Assembly (NCBI GenBank): GCA_963847705.1
Contig: CAWKBC010000030.1
Location: 384,001-448,000 of the forward strand
Direction of reading: 5' to 3'
DNA length: 64,000 nt
From: an uncultured Pseudomonadota bacterium
Lineage (GTDB): Bacteria > Myxococcota_A > Polyangia > Fen-1088
The notes below the pieces were generated by a model that did not search any database, was not told where the DNA came from, and saw only the letters and a list, made by a program, of their open reading frames with translations. The position numbers and the translations under genes were made by a program. Positions 26,150 to 34,718 of the stretch are shown here, piece by piece; the first letter of the stretch is position 1, and every line of letters starts with the position of its first letter.

Positions 26150-27915
26150 GCCTGGTCGGCGTCGGCGCGTCGCCCGGCATCGCCATCGGCGTCGCCCACG
26201 TCCTCGCCAGCCGCGTCGACATCCACGAACGCCGGATCGCCGCCGATCAGGTCGAGGTCGAGATCCAGCGCTTCGAGCAGGCGCTGCTGGACACTGACGA
26301 GCAGCTGGCCCGCATCCAGACCCAGCTGGCGGCGACCGAGGGGGACGATCACCAGTACCGCATCCTGGAGGCGCACCGGCTGATGCTGTCGGACGTCCAC
26401 CTGGTCGAGCGCGCCCGCCGCATGATCCGCGAGGAGAAGACGGCGGCCGAGTGGGCGGTGCGCAAGTCGCTCGACCAGATCCAGGCGGTGTTCGAGAAGA
26501 TCGAGGACCCCTACTTCCGCGACCGCAAGAGCGACGTGGCGCTGGTCGGAGAGCGCCTGCTGCGCACGCTGGTGGGGCGCCGGGAGTCGGTGTCGGCCGA
26601 GCACGCGCCCAAGGGGAGCATCGCCGTGGCGCACGAGCTGTCGCCGGCGGACGCCGCGCAGCTCGGTCGCGCCGAGGCCGCCGGCTTCTGCACCGAAGGG
26701 GGGGGCCGCACCTCCCACACCGCCATCGTGGCCCGGGCGCTGGGGCTCCCCTACGTCGTCGGCGTCGAGGGGCTCGGGCACAAGGTCTGGTCGGGGATGA
26801 CGATGGTCATCGACGGCCTCCGCGGGGAGGTGATTCTGGATCCCGACGCCGAGGCGTTGCGGCGGTACGAGGCGCGCGCCGACGTTCACCGGGCGCGGGC
26901 GCAGCGGCTGGCCGCGATCCGCGACGTCCCCTCCAACACCACCGACGGCACGGTGGTCCACCTGCACGCCAACGTGGAGATGCTGGAGGAGATCCCCATC
27001 GCCGTCGATCTGGGGGCCGAATCGGTGGGGCTGTTCCGCACCGAGTTCCTCTACCTCGAACGCAGCGAGCTGCCGTCGGAGGACGAGCAGTACGCGCACG
27101 CCGTGGCGGCGCTGCGCAGCGTGGGCGGCAGACCGATCACCTTCCGCACGCTGGATCTGGGCGGTGACAAGCTGCCCCCTTCGGTGCGCATGCCGGTGGG
27201 GACCAACCCGGCGATGGGGCTGCGGTCGATCCGCTACTCGCTCCGGCGCACCGACGTCTTCATGATCCAGCTCCGGGCGCTCCACCGCGCCGCCGCCGTG
27301 GGACCGATGCAGATCCTGCTGCCGCTGATCTCGGGCGTGGCGGAGCTGCGCGCCACCAAGCAGCTCTGCCTGCAGGCGGTCGAGGACCTGAAGCGCGAGG
27401 GGATCCCCCACGTGGCCAAGGTCCCGCTGGGCGTCATGATCGAGACGCCCAGCGCCGCGTTGATCGCCGATCTCCTGGCCGCCGAGTGCGACTTCCTCAG
27501 CATCGGCACCAACGATCTCATTCAGTACACGCTGGCCGCCGATCGCGAGGACGAGCACGTCGGTTACCTCTACCACCCGCTCCACCCGGCCATCCTGCGC
27601 GCGGTCCGCCAGACCGTGGTGGGCGCCGAGCGGATGGGCAAACCGGTGGCGATGTGCGGCGACATGGCGGGCGATCCGATCCTGGCCTGGGTTCTCATGG
27701 GGCTGGGCCTGCGCAACCTCTCGATGGCGCCGCGCCAGATCCCGGTCGTCAAGTCGATCATCCGCGCGACCCAGATCGCCGACGCCGAGCGGCTCCTGGC
27801 GCAGGCGCTCACCATGTCGACCGAGACCGAGATCGAGGAGCTGGTCTACGGCGCGATGAACCGTCGTTTCCCGCTGGAGCTGACCGACGGCGAAGAGGAC
27901 CAACCGGCCGGGTGA
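26143..27915 (+). CDS. ptsI: PTS enzyme I (PEP-protein phosphotransferase), no GAF domain
   Basis: GGRTSHTAIVAR, GLFRTEFL, RTLDLGGDK, MIETP, SIGTNDLIQY, MCGDMAG. Confidence 0.95.
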   Translation: MERLVGVGASPGIAIGVAHVLASRVDIHERRIAADQVEVEIQRFEQALLDTDEQLARIQTQLAATEGDDHQYRILEAHRLMLSDVHLVERARRMIREEKTAAEWAVRKSLDQIQAVFEKIEDPYFRDRKSDVALVGERLLRTLVGRRESVSAEHAPKGSIAVAHELSPADAAQLGRAEAAGFCTEGGGRTSHTAIVARALGLPYVVGVEGLGHKVWSGMTMVIDGLRGEVILDPDAEALRRYEARADVHRARAQRLAAIRDVPSNTTDGTVVHLHANVEMLEEIPIAVDLGAESVGLFRTEFLYLERSELPSEDEQYAHAVAALRSVGGRPITFRTLDLGGDKLPPSVRMPVGTNPAMGLRSIRYSLRRTDVFMIQLRALHRAAAVGPMQILLPLISGVAELRATKQLCLQAVEDLKREGIPHVAKVPLGVMIETPSAALIADLLAAECDFLSIGTNDLIQYTLAADREDEHVGYLYHPLHPAILRAVRQTVVGAERMGKPVAMCGDMAGDPILAWVLMGLGLRNLSMAPRQIPVVKSIIRATQIADAERLLAQALTMSTETEIEELVYGAMNRRFPLELTDGEEDQPAG

Positions 27916-28403
27916 GCCCTCCCGGGCAGGTCGCGGTGCGCGCGGCGCGCCCCGAGGACTGGCTGGCCGTCCAGTCCTTGCTGCGCGAGCTCGACGAGCT
28001 GCACGCCGAGCTGGTCCCGGCCTACTTCCGGCCAGCCACGCGCACCGAGCCCGAATGGCGGCGCCTGCTCGGCGATGCGGCGGCGCTGGCGCTGGTCGCC
28101 CTCGACGAGGTGGCCGGAAGCCCCGCGCCGGTCGGATTCCTGTCGCTGCGGGTCTACGACACGCCGACCGATCCGACGATGGTGCCGCGCCGGCGCGGCC
28201 ACGTCGAGACGCTGATCGTCGGCGCCCGCCAGCGCCGGCGCGGGATCGGACGGGGACTCCTCACCACCGCGGCCGAGTGGGCGCGCGCGCGCGGCGCGGC
28301 CGAGATGGTGCTGACCACCTGGGTCGGCAACGCGGAGGCCGACGCGTTCTACGAAAGGCTCGGCTACCGGGTCCTCTCGCGCGTGCTGCACGCCAAGCTC
28401 TGA
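27912..28403 (+). CDS. GNAT acetyltransferase
   Basis: RRRGIGRGLL acetyl-CoA motif, NAEADAFYERLGY; GTGA overlap with ptsI. Confidence 0.85.
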   Translation: MSPPGQVAVRAARPEDWLAVQSLLRELDELHAELVPAYFRPATRTEPEWRRLLGDAAALALVALDEVAGSPAPVGFLSLRVYDTPTDPTMVPRRRGHVETLIVGARQRRRGIGRGLLTTAAEWARARGAAEMVLTTWVGNAEADAFYERLGYRVLSRVLHAKL

Positions 28404-28421
28404 CGAAGGGCGGTCAGGCCT

Positions 28422-29228
28422 TCAGGCAGCGGGGGACGGGCGGCGGGCGGCGCCGGCGCGGCGGGCCCAGATGAGATAGAGCAGCGGTGCGCCGAGCAGC
28501 GAGTAGGAGAGGGCGTGACCGACGCGGCCGTCGGGCCCGAACAGCTCGGTCGCGTCGTGGAACGCTTGCGTCCCCTTGATGACGCCGCTCTCCGCCAGCT
28601 CGTGGACGCCGTAGATGACCAGCTGGAGAAGGAACAGACCGAGGAACAGCGCCGTCACCTTGAGGATCACGCCCAGGTTCAGGCGCCGCCCGTAACGCGT
28701 CCATCCCCAGGCGACCACCGCCGCGCAGATGAGGCCCAAGACGGCCCCGACCACCACCAGGATGGCCTGCGAACGCACCTCGGCGGCCCGCAGCGCCAGC
28801 GCCTGCACACCGAGGAAGAACACCGCCTCCAGCCCCTCCCGGGTGACCAGCAGCGCGGTCACCAGCGCCACGCCGGCGATCGCCCGCAGCGACGGCTGCG
28901 CGCCCGCCGCTCCTGGCCCGGTCATCCGGTCGACGCGCGCCTCGATCTCCGCGCGCATGTGGCGGCCGGCGCGCAGCATCTGCGCCAGCAAGAGGCCGAC
29001 CACCACGGCCGCGGTCAGTGCGGCGATCCCCTCGTAAAGCGGCTGGTTGGGGACCTGCAGCCAGAGCCAGGCGCCGGCCGTGCAGCTCACCAGCGAGAGC
29101 GCCAGTCCGATCTTCACCCCACGCACGAGGCCTGGGCGCTGGCTCTTCTTGAGGTAGGCGATCACCACGCCCACGATCAAGAACGATTCGATCCCTTCTC
29201 GGAAGGTGACCAGCAGCGCCTGCAGCAT
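28422..29228 (-). CDS. FTR1/EfeU-family iron permease
   Basis: Two REGxE motifs (REGIE, REGLE) in a multi-TM protein; GVHELAESG. Confidence 0.9.
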   Translation of the reverse strand: MLQALLVTFREGIESFLIVGVVIAYLKKSQRPGLVRGVKIGLALSLVSCTAGAWLWLQVPNQPLYEGIAALTAAVVVGLLLAQMLRAGRHMRAEIEARVDRMTGPGAAGAQPSLRAIAGVALVTALLVTREGLEAVFFLGVQALALRAAEVRSQAILVVVGAVLGLICAAVVAWGWTRYGRRLNLGVILKVTALFLGLFLLQLVIYGVHELAESGVIKGTQAFHDATELFGPDGRVGHALSYSLLGAPLLYLIWARRAGAARRPSPAA

Positions 29229-29255
29229 TCTCGGGGCGGACTATAGCACCTGATT

Positions 29256-29272
29256 TTGCGGTTCATTCTCAT
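29256..29272 (-). promoter_or_regulatory. Fur-box-like operator upstream of FTR1
   Basis: ATGAGAATGAACCGCAA, 12/17 identical to the box at 56772-56788; TATAGT -10 element just downstream. Confidence 0.5.
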
Positions 29273-29327
29273 TTCCGGCCCGGCGGGGAAGTCGCCGTGC
29301 GTGGTACTGTCGCGCCCAGGAGGTCGC

Positions 29328-30197
29328 ATGCGACGAACGACGGTGATCGCCGCGCTTGGGCTGGCGCTGCTGGGCTCCACGCCGGCGCGCGCCGACGAGG
29401 CCGCGGGGCACTACAACCTGGCGCTGCAGTACAAACGCGAAGGGAACACCACGGCCGCCATCGGCGAGTGCGAAACCGCCGTCAAGCTGCGCCCCGATTA
29501 TGCCGCGGCCCACTTCACGCTGGGCAACCTCTATCGCGCGCAGGGCGATTACGCCCGGGCGGCCGGCGAGTACGAGAAGACCGTCAAGCTGCAGCCCAAG
29601 GACGCGGACGCGCACGCCAACCTGGGCGCGGCCTACGCGCGGCTCAAGCGGCTCGACGAGGGGATCCGCGAGCTGGAGACGGCGCTCGACCTCAAGCCCG
29701 ACGACTACGAGGCCCAGCTGTCGCTCGGCTTCGCCTACAAGCAGCAGGGGGACTACAAGCACGCCATCGAACATCTGCAGAAGGCCACCGAGCTCAAGCC
29801 CGACGATCCCCAGGGCTGGACCAACCTGGGCGTCGCGAAGTCGAAGACCGACGACAAGGAGGGGGCGATCGTCGCGCTCAAGAAGGCGCTCGCGCTCAAG
29901 CCGGACGACGCCGACCTGCACTTCGATCTCGGCGTGGTCTACCGCCGGCAGCGGAACACCGACGCGGCGATCTCCGAGTACCAGGTCGCGGTCCAGAAGA
30001 ACCCCAAGCTGGCCAAGGCCTACTACGACCTGGGGATCATGTACTCCCAGGAGCGGAAGAATCCCGAGGCGCGGGCGGCGTTCGAGAAGTACCTCGAGTA
30101 CGGCTCGCAGGAGGACCCGGCCTCCCGCAAGGACGCCGAAGAACGCCTGAAGACCTACAAGGGCTACTCCGACGGCCAGGCCGCCCAGGACAAGTAG
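29328..30197 (+). CDS. Secreted TPR-repeat protein
   Basis: AGGAGG SD, signal peptide ending ARA, 7-8 consecutive 34-aa repeats (A.hNLG...A..LKPDD). Confidence 0.9.
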   Translation: MRRTTVIAALGLALLGSTPARADEAAGHYNLALQYKREGNTTAAIGECETAVKLRPDYAAAHFTLGNLYRAQGDYARAAGEYEKTVKLQPKDADAHANLGAAYARLKRLDEGIRELETALDLKPDDYEAQLSLGFAYKQQGDYKHAIEHLQKATELKPDDPQGWTNLGVAKSKTDDKEGAIVALKKALALKPDDADLHFDLGVVYRRQRNTDAAISEYQVAVQKNPKLAKAYYDLGIMYSQERKNPEARAAFEKYLEYGSQEDPASRKDAEERLKTYKGYSDGQAAQDK

Positions 30198-30255
30198 CCG
30201 CCCCTCCTGATCGAGGGTGGTGCTCGAAGCCGATCAGGGGCCAATCGAGGGGCGG
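30198..30255. terminator. Long bulged hairpin between convergent genes (possible bidirectional terminator or repeat)
   Basis: CCGCCCCTC/GAGGGGCGG outer stem and CTGATCG/CGATCAG inner stem; no U-tract. Confidence 0.4.
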
Positions 30256-30292
30256 TCCTGGGAGGTCGGGCGAACGGAGAGCCGGAGCGCTC

Positions 30293-32239
30293 TTAGAACT
30301 TCACGCCCATGGTGATCCTGAGGATCTGGGCGGCGCTGGCGTTGGCGGCGTCCTGGCCCCAGGTGGCCAGGGGGCGGTCGAGCGCGGCCAGCGGCCAGAA
30401 GACGCCCCAGGTGACGCCGGCGTAGAACCCCTCGGCGGTGTTGCGGTAACCGGCGCTCAGGTCGGTCTCGACGCCATAGAGGAGCGAGTCGCCCGGTGTC
30501 GAGACCTCAACTTGGGCCATGCTGAGGATGGCGCCACCGTTGATGCCGATCGCCCGCGTCCGCCCGAGGTCGAACCAGTAGGCCGCCTGCGGTTTGAAGT
30601 AGGTGGCGTTGGTGACGGTGCCGAGGATGTGCCGGAAGAAGATCTCGTCGACGTGGTAGTCGGGCGAGAAGTGAAAGTCGTTCATGCTGTTGTCGCCGTT
30701 CGGCTGTTGAACGAACCGCCAGCGATAGTTGAGGTACTGGCCCGGATCGTTCGCCTGATCGCCGGTGGCGCCGCCGACCTCGAAGCCGACGAAGAACGAG
30801 TCGTGGAACAGCCGCAGCTCGCTGGCCACCACCCAGCCCGCTTCCGCCAGCTTCAGCTCCGCGTTGTCCTCGGACAGCGCGCCAGGGTGCTGGATGCGCC
30901 CCAGGATGGCGATCCCTTCAGCCTCGATGGTGAGCGCCTTGTAGTAGAGCTTGAACCAGACGTCCGGCGTGAACGAGATGGCGCCGTAGGGAAGAGAGGT
31001 CGGGATCTGGTCGGGCATCAACGGCTGCGGCCCGAAGCCCATGCTGGTGTTGGCCGCGTTCGAGGTGGGGACCGCGTCGATGTTCCCCTGATTCCGGTAG
31101 ACCAACTGCAAGCCGTAGTTGACGACGACGTCGCCGCGATCGATCCGCTCGCGAAGATCGACCGGGTTCTCGATCCGCGCCACCGAGGCCATCAGCTCGA
31201 GGACGTCGTCATCCTGCGAAAGGTCGTAGGGGTAGCCGCTCGGATCGAGGCGGCCCAGCGAGAGCTGCTGGGTGGTGTCCCCCTGCGCGCCCAGGTCCCA
31301 GGCGAACTTCAGCTGGTGCCCGTAGATCGTGGTCATCGCCATGACCCGGTCGACCGTCGTGCCGACGTCGCAGTCGGCGCAGCTGCCGTCGTTGTAGAAG
31401 ATGCCGCGCCCCCAGTTCCAGGGCATCCGTCCGAAGTAGATCGAACCGAACTCGGTGTCGATCTCGGCCCAGGCGCGCTTGGCCACGATGCTGGAGGTGA
31501 AGCCGTTCTGCCCGATCTCGGGCGCATCCTGCGTCTGGGACAGGAAGCCCGAGGGGGCAACGCCCGGCAGCGAGGTGGGCGAGGGGGCCATGCCGTTCGT
31601 CATCGAGGGGGGCGGCGTGTTGAAGCCCTGAATGCCCGCCAGCGAGTCGGGCGTCGATCCCAGGATGGTGTTGTCGAGGACGTCGATCTGGGCGTGGATG
31701 CGCACCTGATCGGTCACGTTCAGCGTGGGCTCGAGGCGGAAGCGGAGGTTCGCGCCGCCGATGTTCTTGTTCCCGCAGTTCGCCGCCGGGGTGCCTGCGG
31801 TCCCGACCAGACCGACGGCGCCAGAGGTGTTCGCCGGCGACGGGCAATCGAGAGGGACGGGGAACGGCGGTAGGCCGTAGTTGGTGGTTCCGTTGACGAC
31901 CGACCCGCTCGGCACGTGCGAGTAGCCGAGGCCGAGGAAGAAGTCGTGCATGTAGTCGTCGCGCAGACGCAGATAGCCGTTGAGCTCGAAGATCTGCATC
32001 TTCTTCTTGTTCTGATCGGCGTAGCCGCTGAGCGGCTCGAGATCGGCGGGACGATTCTCCTCGGGCGCCTCTTCGGCGGGCCCCTCTTCCTTCTCGTTCT
32101 GGGAGGGGGGCGGCTGCATGCCACCACCGCCGGGCGCGCCGAAGCCGCCGGGGCTCATCTGCGCGGCGGCCGGGCGGGCCAGCAGCAACAGGGCGGCGCT
32201 CGCCAGCGCCAGCCGGAACCGGCCGTTGGAATCGCTCAC
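30293..32239 (-). CDS. TIGR04551-like myxobacterial outer-membrane beta-barrel protein
   Basis: Signal peptide; ANLRFRLEPTLNVTDQVRIHAQIDVLDN..LGSTP, FGRMPWNWGRG, FSPDYHVDEIFFR; C-terminal Phe. Confidence 0.78.
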   Translation of the reverse strand: MSDSNGRFRLALASAALLLLARPAAAQMSPGGFGAPGGGGMQPPPSQNEKEEGPAEEAPEENRPADLEPLSGYADQNKKKMQIFELNGYLRLRDDYMHDFFLGLGYSHVPSGSVVNGTTNYGLPPFPVPLDCPSPANTSGAVGLVGTAGTPAANCGNKNIGGANLRFRLEPTLNVTDQVRIHAQIDVLDNTILGSTPDSLAGIQGFNTPPPSMTNGMAPSPTSLPGVAPSGFLSQTQDAPEIGQNGFTSSIVAKRAWAEIDTEFGSIYFGRMPWNWGRGIFYNDGSCADCDVGTTVDRVMAMTTIYGHQLKFAWDLGAQGDTTQQLSLGRLDPSGYPYDLSQDDDVLELMASVARIENPVDLRERIDRGDVVVNYGLQLVYRNQGNIDAVPTSNAANTSMGFGPQPLMPDQIPTSLPYGAISFTPDVWFKLYYKALTIEAEGIAILGRIQHPGALSEDNAELKLAEAGWVVASELRLFHDSFFVGFEVGGATGDQANDPGQYLNYRWRFVQQPNGDNSMNDFHFSPDYHVDEIFFRHILGTVTNATYFKPQAAYWFDLGRTRAIGINGGAILSMAQVEVSTPGDSLLYGVETDLSAGYRNTAEGFYAGVTWGVFWPLAALDRPLATWGQDAANASAAQILRITMGVKF

Positions 32240-32670
32240 GCCTCGGACCCCGCGCAGAGCTCGAACAGCACGCCGCCGGTGGAGTCGGGGTGCAGGAAGG
32301 CGACGTCGTGCCCGCGCGCACCCGGGCGCGGCGTCTCGTCGATGAGGCGAACGCCGGCGGCCTTCAGCTCGGCGAGGGCGGCGGGGAGATCCTCCACCGC
32401 GAAGCAGACGTGGTGAAGGCCCGGCCCACGGCGCGCCAAGAAGCGCTCGAGCGCGGCGTTTCCGCGCGGCGCACAGAGCTCCAGCGCGGCGTCTGGCATC
32501 CCACTCTGTCCGCTGCCGTGCGGATGCAGGAAGGCGACGTCCGTGGCCTGGGAGGCGACGTGCTCGCGCGCGCCGGTGGTGAGGCCGAACAGCGCGCTCA
32601 GGCTGGCGGCGGCGGCGTCACGCTCCGCAACCGCGATGGCGACGTGATCGATGCGCTTGACCTTGATCAT
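32236..32670 (-). CDS. mce: Methylmalonyl-CoA epimerase (VOC family)
   Basis: IDHVAIAV, LEL, FLARRGPGLHHVCFAVED, VAFLHPDSTGGVLFEL. Confidence 0.85.
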   Translation of the reverse strand: MIKVKRIDHVAIAVAERDAAAASLSALFGLTTGAREHVASQATDVAFLHPHGSGQSGMPDAALELCAPRGNAALERFLARRGPGLHHVCFAVEDLPAALAELKAAGVRLIDETPRPGARGHDVAFLHPDSTGGVLFELCAGSEA

Positions 32671-32883
32671 CTGTTTGGCGAGGCGAGTTGCGACGTGGGG
32701 TGGCGAAAGGGCCCGCACCATATATCAGGGCGGCGCAAGATGGAAAGTGGATTGCGGGAACGGTGTCGATAAGATCCGGCGGATGCTTACGACCGCGGCT
32801 GCGGGTCTCTGGTTGCCCGACGCAAGAACGTCGCTCGGGTTGCCCGGGTCGAGAACGCCGCCCGGGTCGCCTGAAAGGCCGCT

Positions 32884-34005
32884 GTGACCGCGTCGCGCCT
32901 GCGCCAGCTCGCCGGGCAGCTCCTGTCGGTCGGTTTCGAGGGGACGGCGGCGCCCGCGGCGCTGCGGGCGCGTATCGCCGCGTCGGAGGTCGGTGGCGTG
33001 ATGCTGTTCCGCCCCAACATCGCAGATCCGGGTCAGGTGGCGGCGCTCGTGGCCTCGCTCCGGGGCGCCGCCCCGCCGGAGACGCCGCTCCTGGTTTCGA
33101 TCGATCAGGAGGGCGGGGTGGTGCAGCGGGTGCGGGCGCCCGCCACGGTCTGGCCGCCGATGCTGGCGGTCGGCGAGGCCGGCGACGGGGCGCGAACGAC
33201 CGCGGTCGGTCGGGCGCTGGGCGAGGAGCTGGCGGCGCTCGGTGTCGGGTGGGACTTCGCGCCGGTGCTCGACGTGCACACCAATCCAGCGAACCCGGTG
33301 ATCGGCAACCGCGCCTTCGGAACCACCCCCGAGGGGGTTTCGGTGCAGGCGCTGGCGTTCTGGCGGGGGTTGCGCGGCGCGGGGCTGGTCGGCTGCGGCA
33401 AGCACTTCCCCGGCCACGGCGACACCCGCACCGACTCGCACCACGAGCTGCCGGTCGTCCCCCACGATCTCGCTCGCCTGCGCCGGGTGGAGCTGGCGCC
33501 GTTCGCCGCCGCTGCCGCCGCCGGGATGGAGGCGTTCATGACCGCCCACGTTCTCTATCCGGCGCTCGATCCCGACCGTCCGGCGACGCTGTCACGCCGG
33601 ATCGCCACCGGGCTCTTGCGCGGTGAGCTGGGGTTTCGCGGCGTGCTGGTCTCCGACGATCTCGGGATGAAGGCCGTCGCCGATCGCTACCCGATCGAGG
33701 AGCTGGCGGTCGGCGCGATCGAGGCCGGTTGCGACCACCTCTTGATCCGCGAACCCGAGGCGCGCCAGCGCGCGGCCTTCGAGGCGATCGTTCGCGCTGC
33801 CGAGGCGCGGGCCGACTTTCGGGCCCGGGTCGAGGAGAGCGCCGCGCGCGTCGCCGCGCTGAAGGCCGCCTGCCGGGTCGCGCTCCCCGCGCCCGCGGCG
33901 ATGCTGCCCTCGCTGCTCGGCACGCCGGCACACCGGGCGCTGGCGGGATCGTTCGGCGCGGCGCCGCCTTCGGCGGCGGGCAGCTCGCCGGTCGCGACCG
34001 GGTAG
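32884..34005 (+). CDS. nagZ: Beta-N-acetylhexosaminidase NagZ (GH3)
   Basis: IDQEGGVVQRV, FAPVLD, KHFPGHGDTRTDSH, VSDDLGM. Confidence 0.92.
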   Translation: MTASRLRQLAGQLLSVGFEGTAAPAALRARIAASEVGGVMLFRPNIADPGQVAALVASLRGAAPPETPLLVSIDQEGGVVQRVRAPATVWPPMLAVGEAGDGARTTAVGRALGEELAALGVGWDFAPVLDVHTNPANPVIGNRAFGTTPEGVSVQALAFWRGLRGAGLVGCGKHFPGHGDTRTDSHHELPVVPHDLARLRRVELAPFAAAAAAGMEAFMTAHVLYPALDPDRPATLSRRIATGLLRGELGFRGVLVSDDLGMKAVADRYPIEELAVGAIEAGCDHLLIREPEARQRAAFEAIVRAAEARADFRARVEESAARVAALKAACRVALPAPAAMLPSLLGTPAHRALAGSFGAAPPSAAGSSPVATG

Positions 34006-34718
34006 CCCCTCGCGTTGGCCCTCTCGCCGCTTCGCGGGGCGAGGGGATCGGAACGAACTGAGATCTTCACGCCCATCGCCAGACCCTCGCCCGTCGGCAG
34101 GGGGGTGGCGCGGAAGCGCCCGCCGCGGGCCAGCTTCTCGTGCACCGCCTGCATCGCCCGGATGGAGGCGGCGCGCTCGCCGGCGGGCGTCTCGTGCAGG
34201 TGGCCGAACAGGAAGGCGTTGTCGAGCAGCACGAGACCGCCGGGACGCAGGTTGTCGGCGGCCCAGTCGAGGTAGCGCGGATATCCCTCTTTGTCCGCGT
34301 CGATGAAGACCAGATCGTAGGGCCCGCCTGCCACCAGGCGCGGCAAGATCTCCAGCGCGGGGCCGACGTGAACCCGGGCGCGCGCGCCGAAGCCGGCGCG
34401 GCGAAAGCTCTCGCGCGCCACCTCGGCGTGGCGTGGCTCGCTGTCGATCGTATCGAGCTCGCCCGTCACGCCCAGACCGCGCAGGATCGAGACACCCGAG
34501 TAACCGCCCAGCGTACCGATCTCCACGGCGCGTCGCGCACCGGCCGCGCGGGTCAACACCTCCAGATGGCGCGCGTCGAGCGCCGCAACCTGGATGTCGG
34601 GCAGCCCGGCCGCGGCGCTGCGGGCCCGGATCTCGGTGAGGACCTCGTCCTCGGGGGCGTACATTCGTTGCAGCCACGCGGCGACGTGGGCGTCGTCGCT
34701 CCCGAAGCCCTTGTTCAT
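33687..34718 (-). CDS. SAM-dependent O-methyltransferase (CCoAOMT-like); no stop at the expected end near 34060
   Basis: VEIGTLGGYS, YDLVFIDADK, LRPGGLVLLDN, PTGEGL; frame stays open to 33687 antisense over nagZ; ATGA overlap with the BatA gene. Confidence 0.8.
   Translation of the reverse strand: MNKGFGSDDAHVAAWLQRMYAPEDEVLTEIRARSAAAGLPDIQVAALDARHLEVLTRAAGARRAVEIGTLGGYSGVSILRGLGVTGELDTIDSEPRHAEVARESFRRAGFGARARVHVGPALEILPRLVAGGPYDLVFIDADKEGYPRYLDWAADNLRPGGLVLLDNAFLFGHLHETPAGERAASIRAMQAVHEKLARGGRFRATPLPTGEGLAMGVKISVRSDPLAPRSGERANARGYPVATGELPAAEGGAAPNDPASARCAGVPSSEGSIAAGAGSATRQAAFSAATRAALSSTRARKSARASAARTIASKAARWRASGSRIKRWSQPASIAPTASSSIG
34005..34047 (-). repeat. REP-like palindrome, family C copy 2
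   Basis: Reverse complement TCCCCTCGCCCCGC-GAA-GCGGCGAGAGGG-CCAACGCGAGGGGC resembles 23230-23268. Confidence 0.6.
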
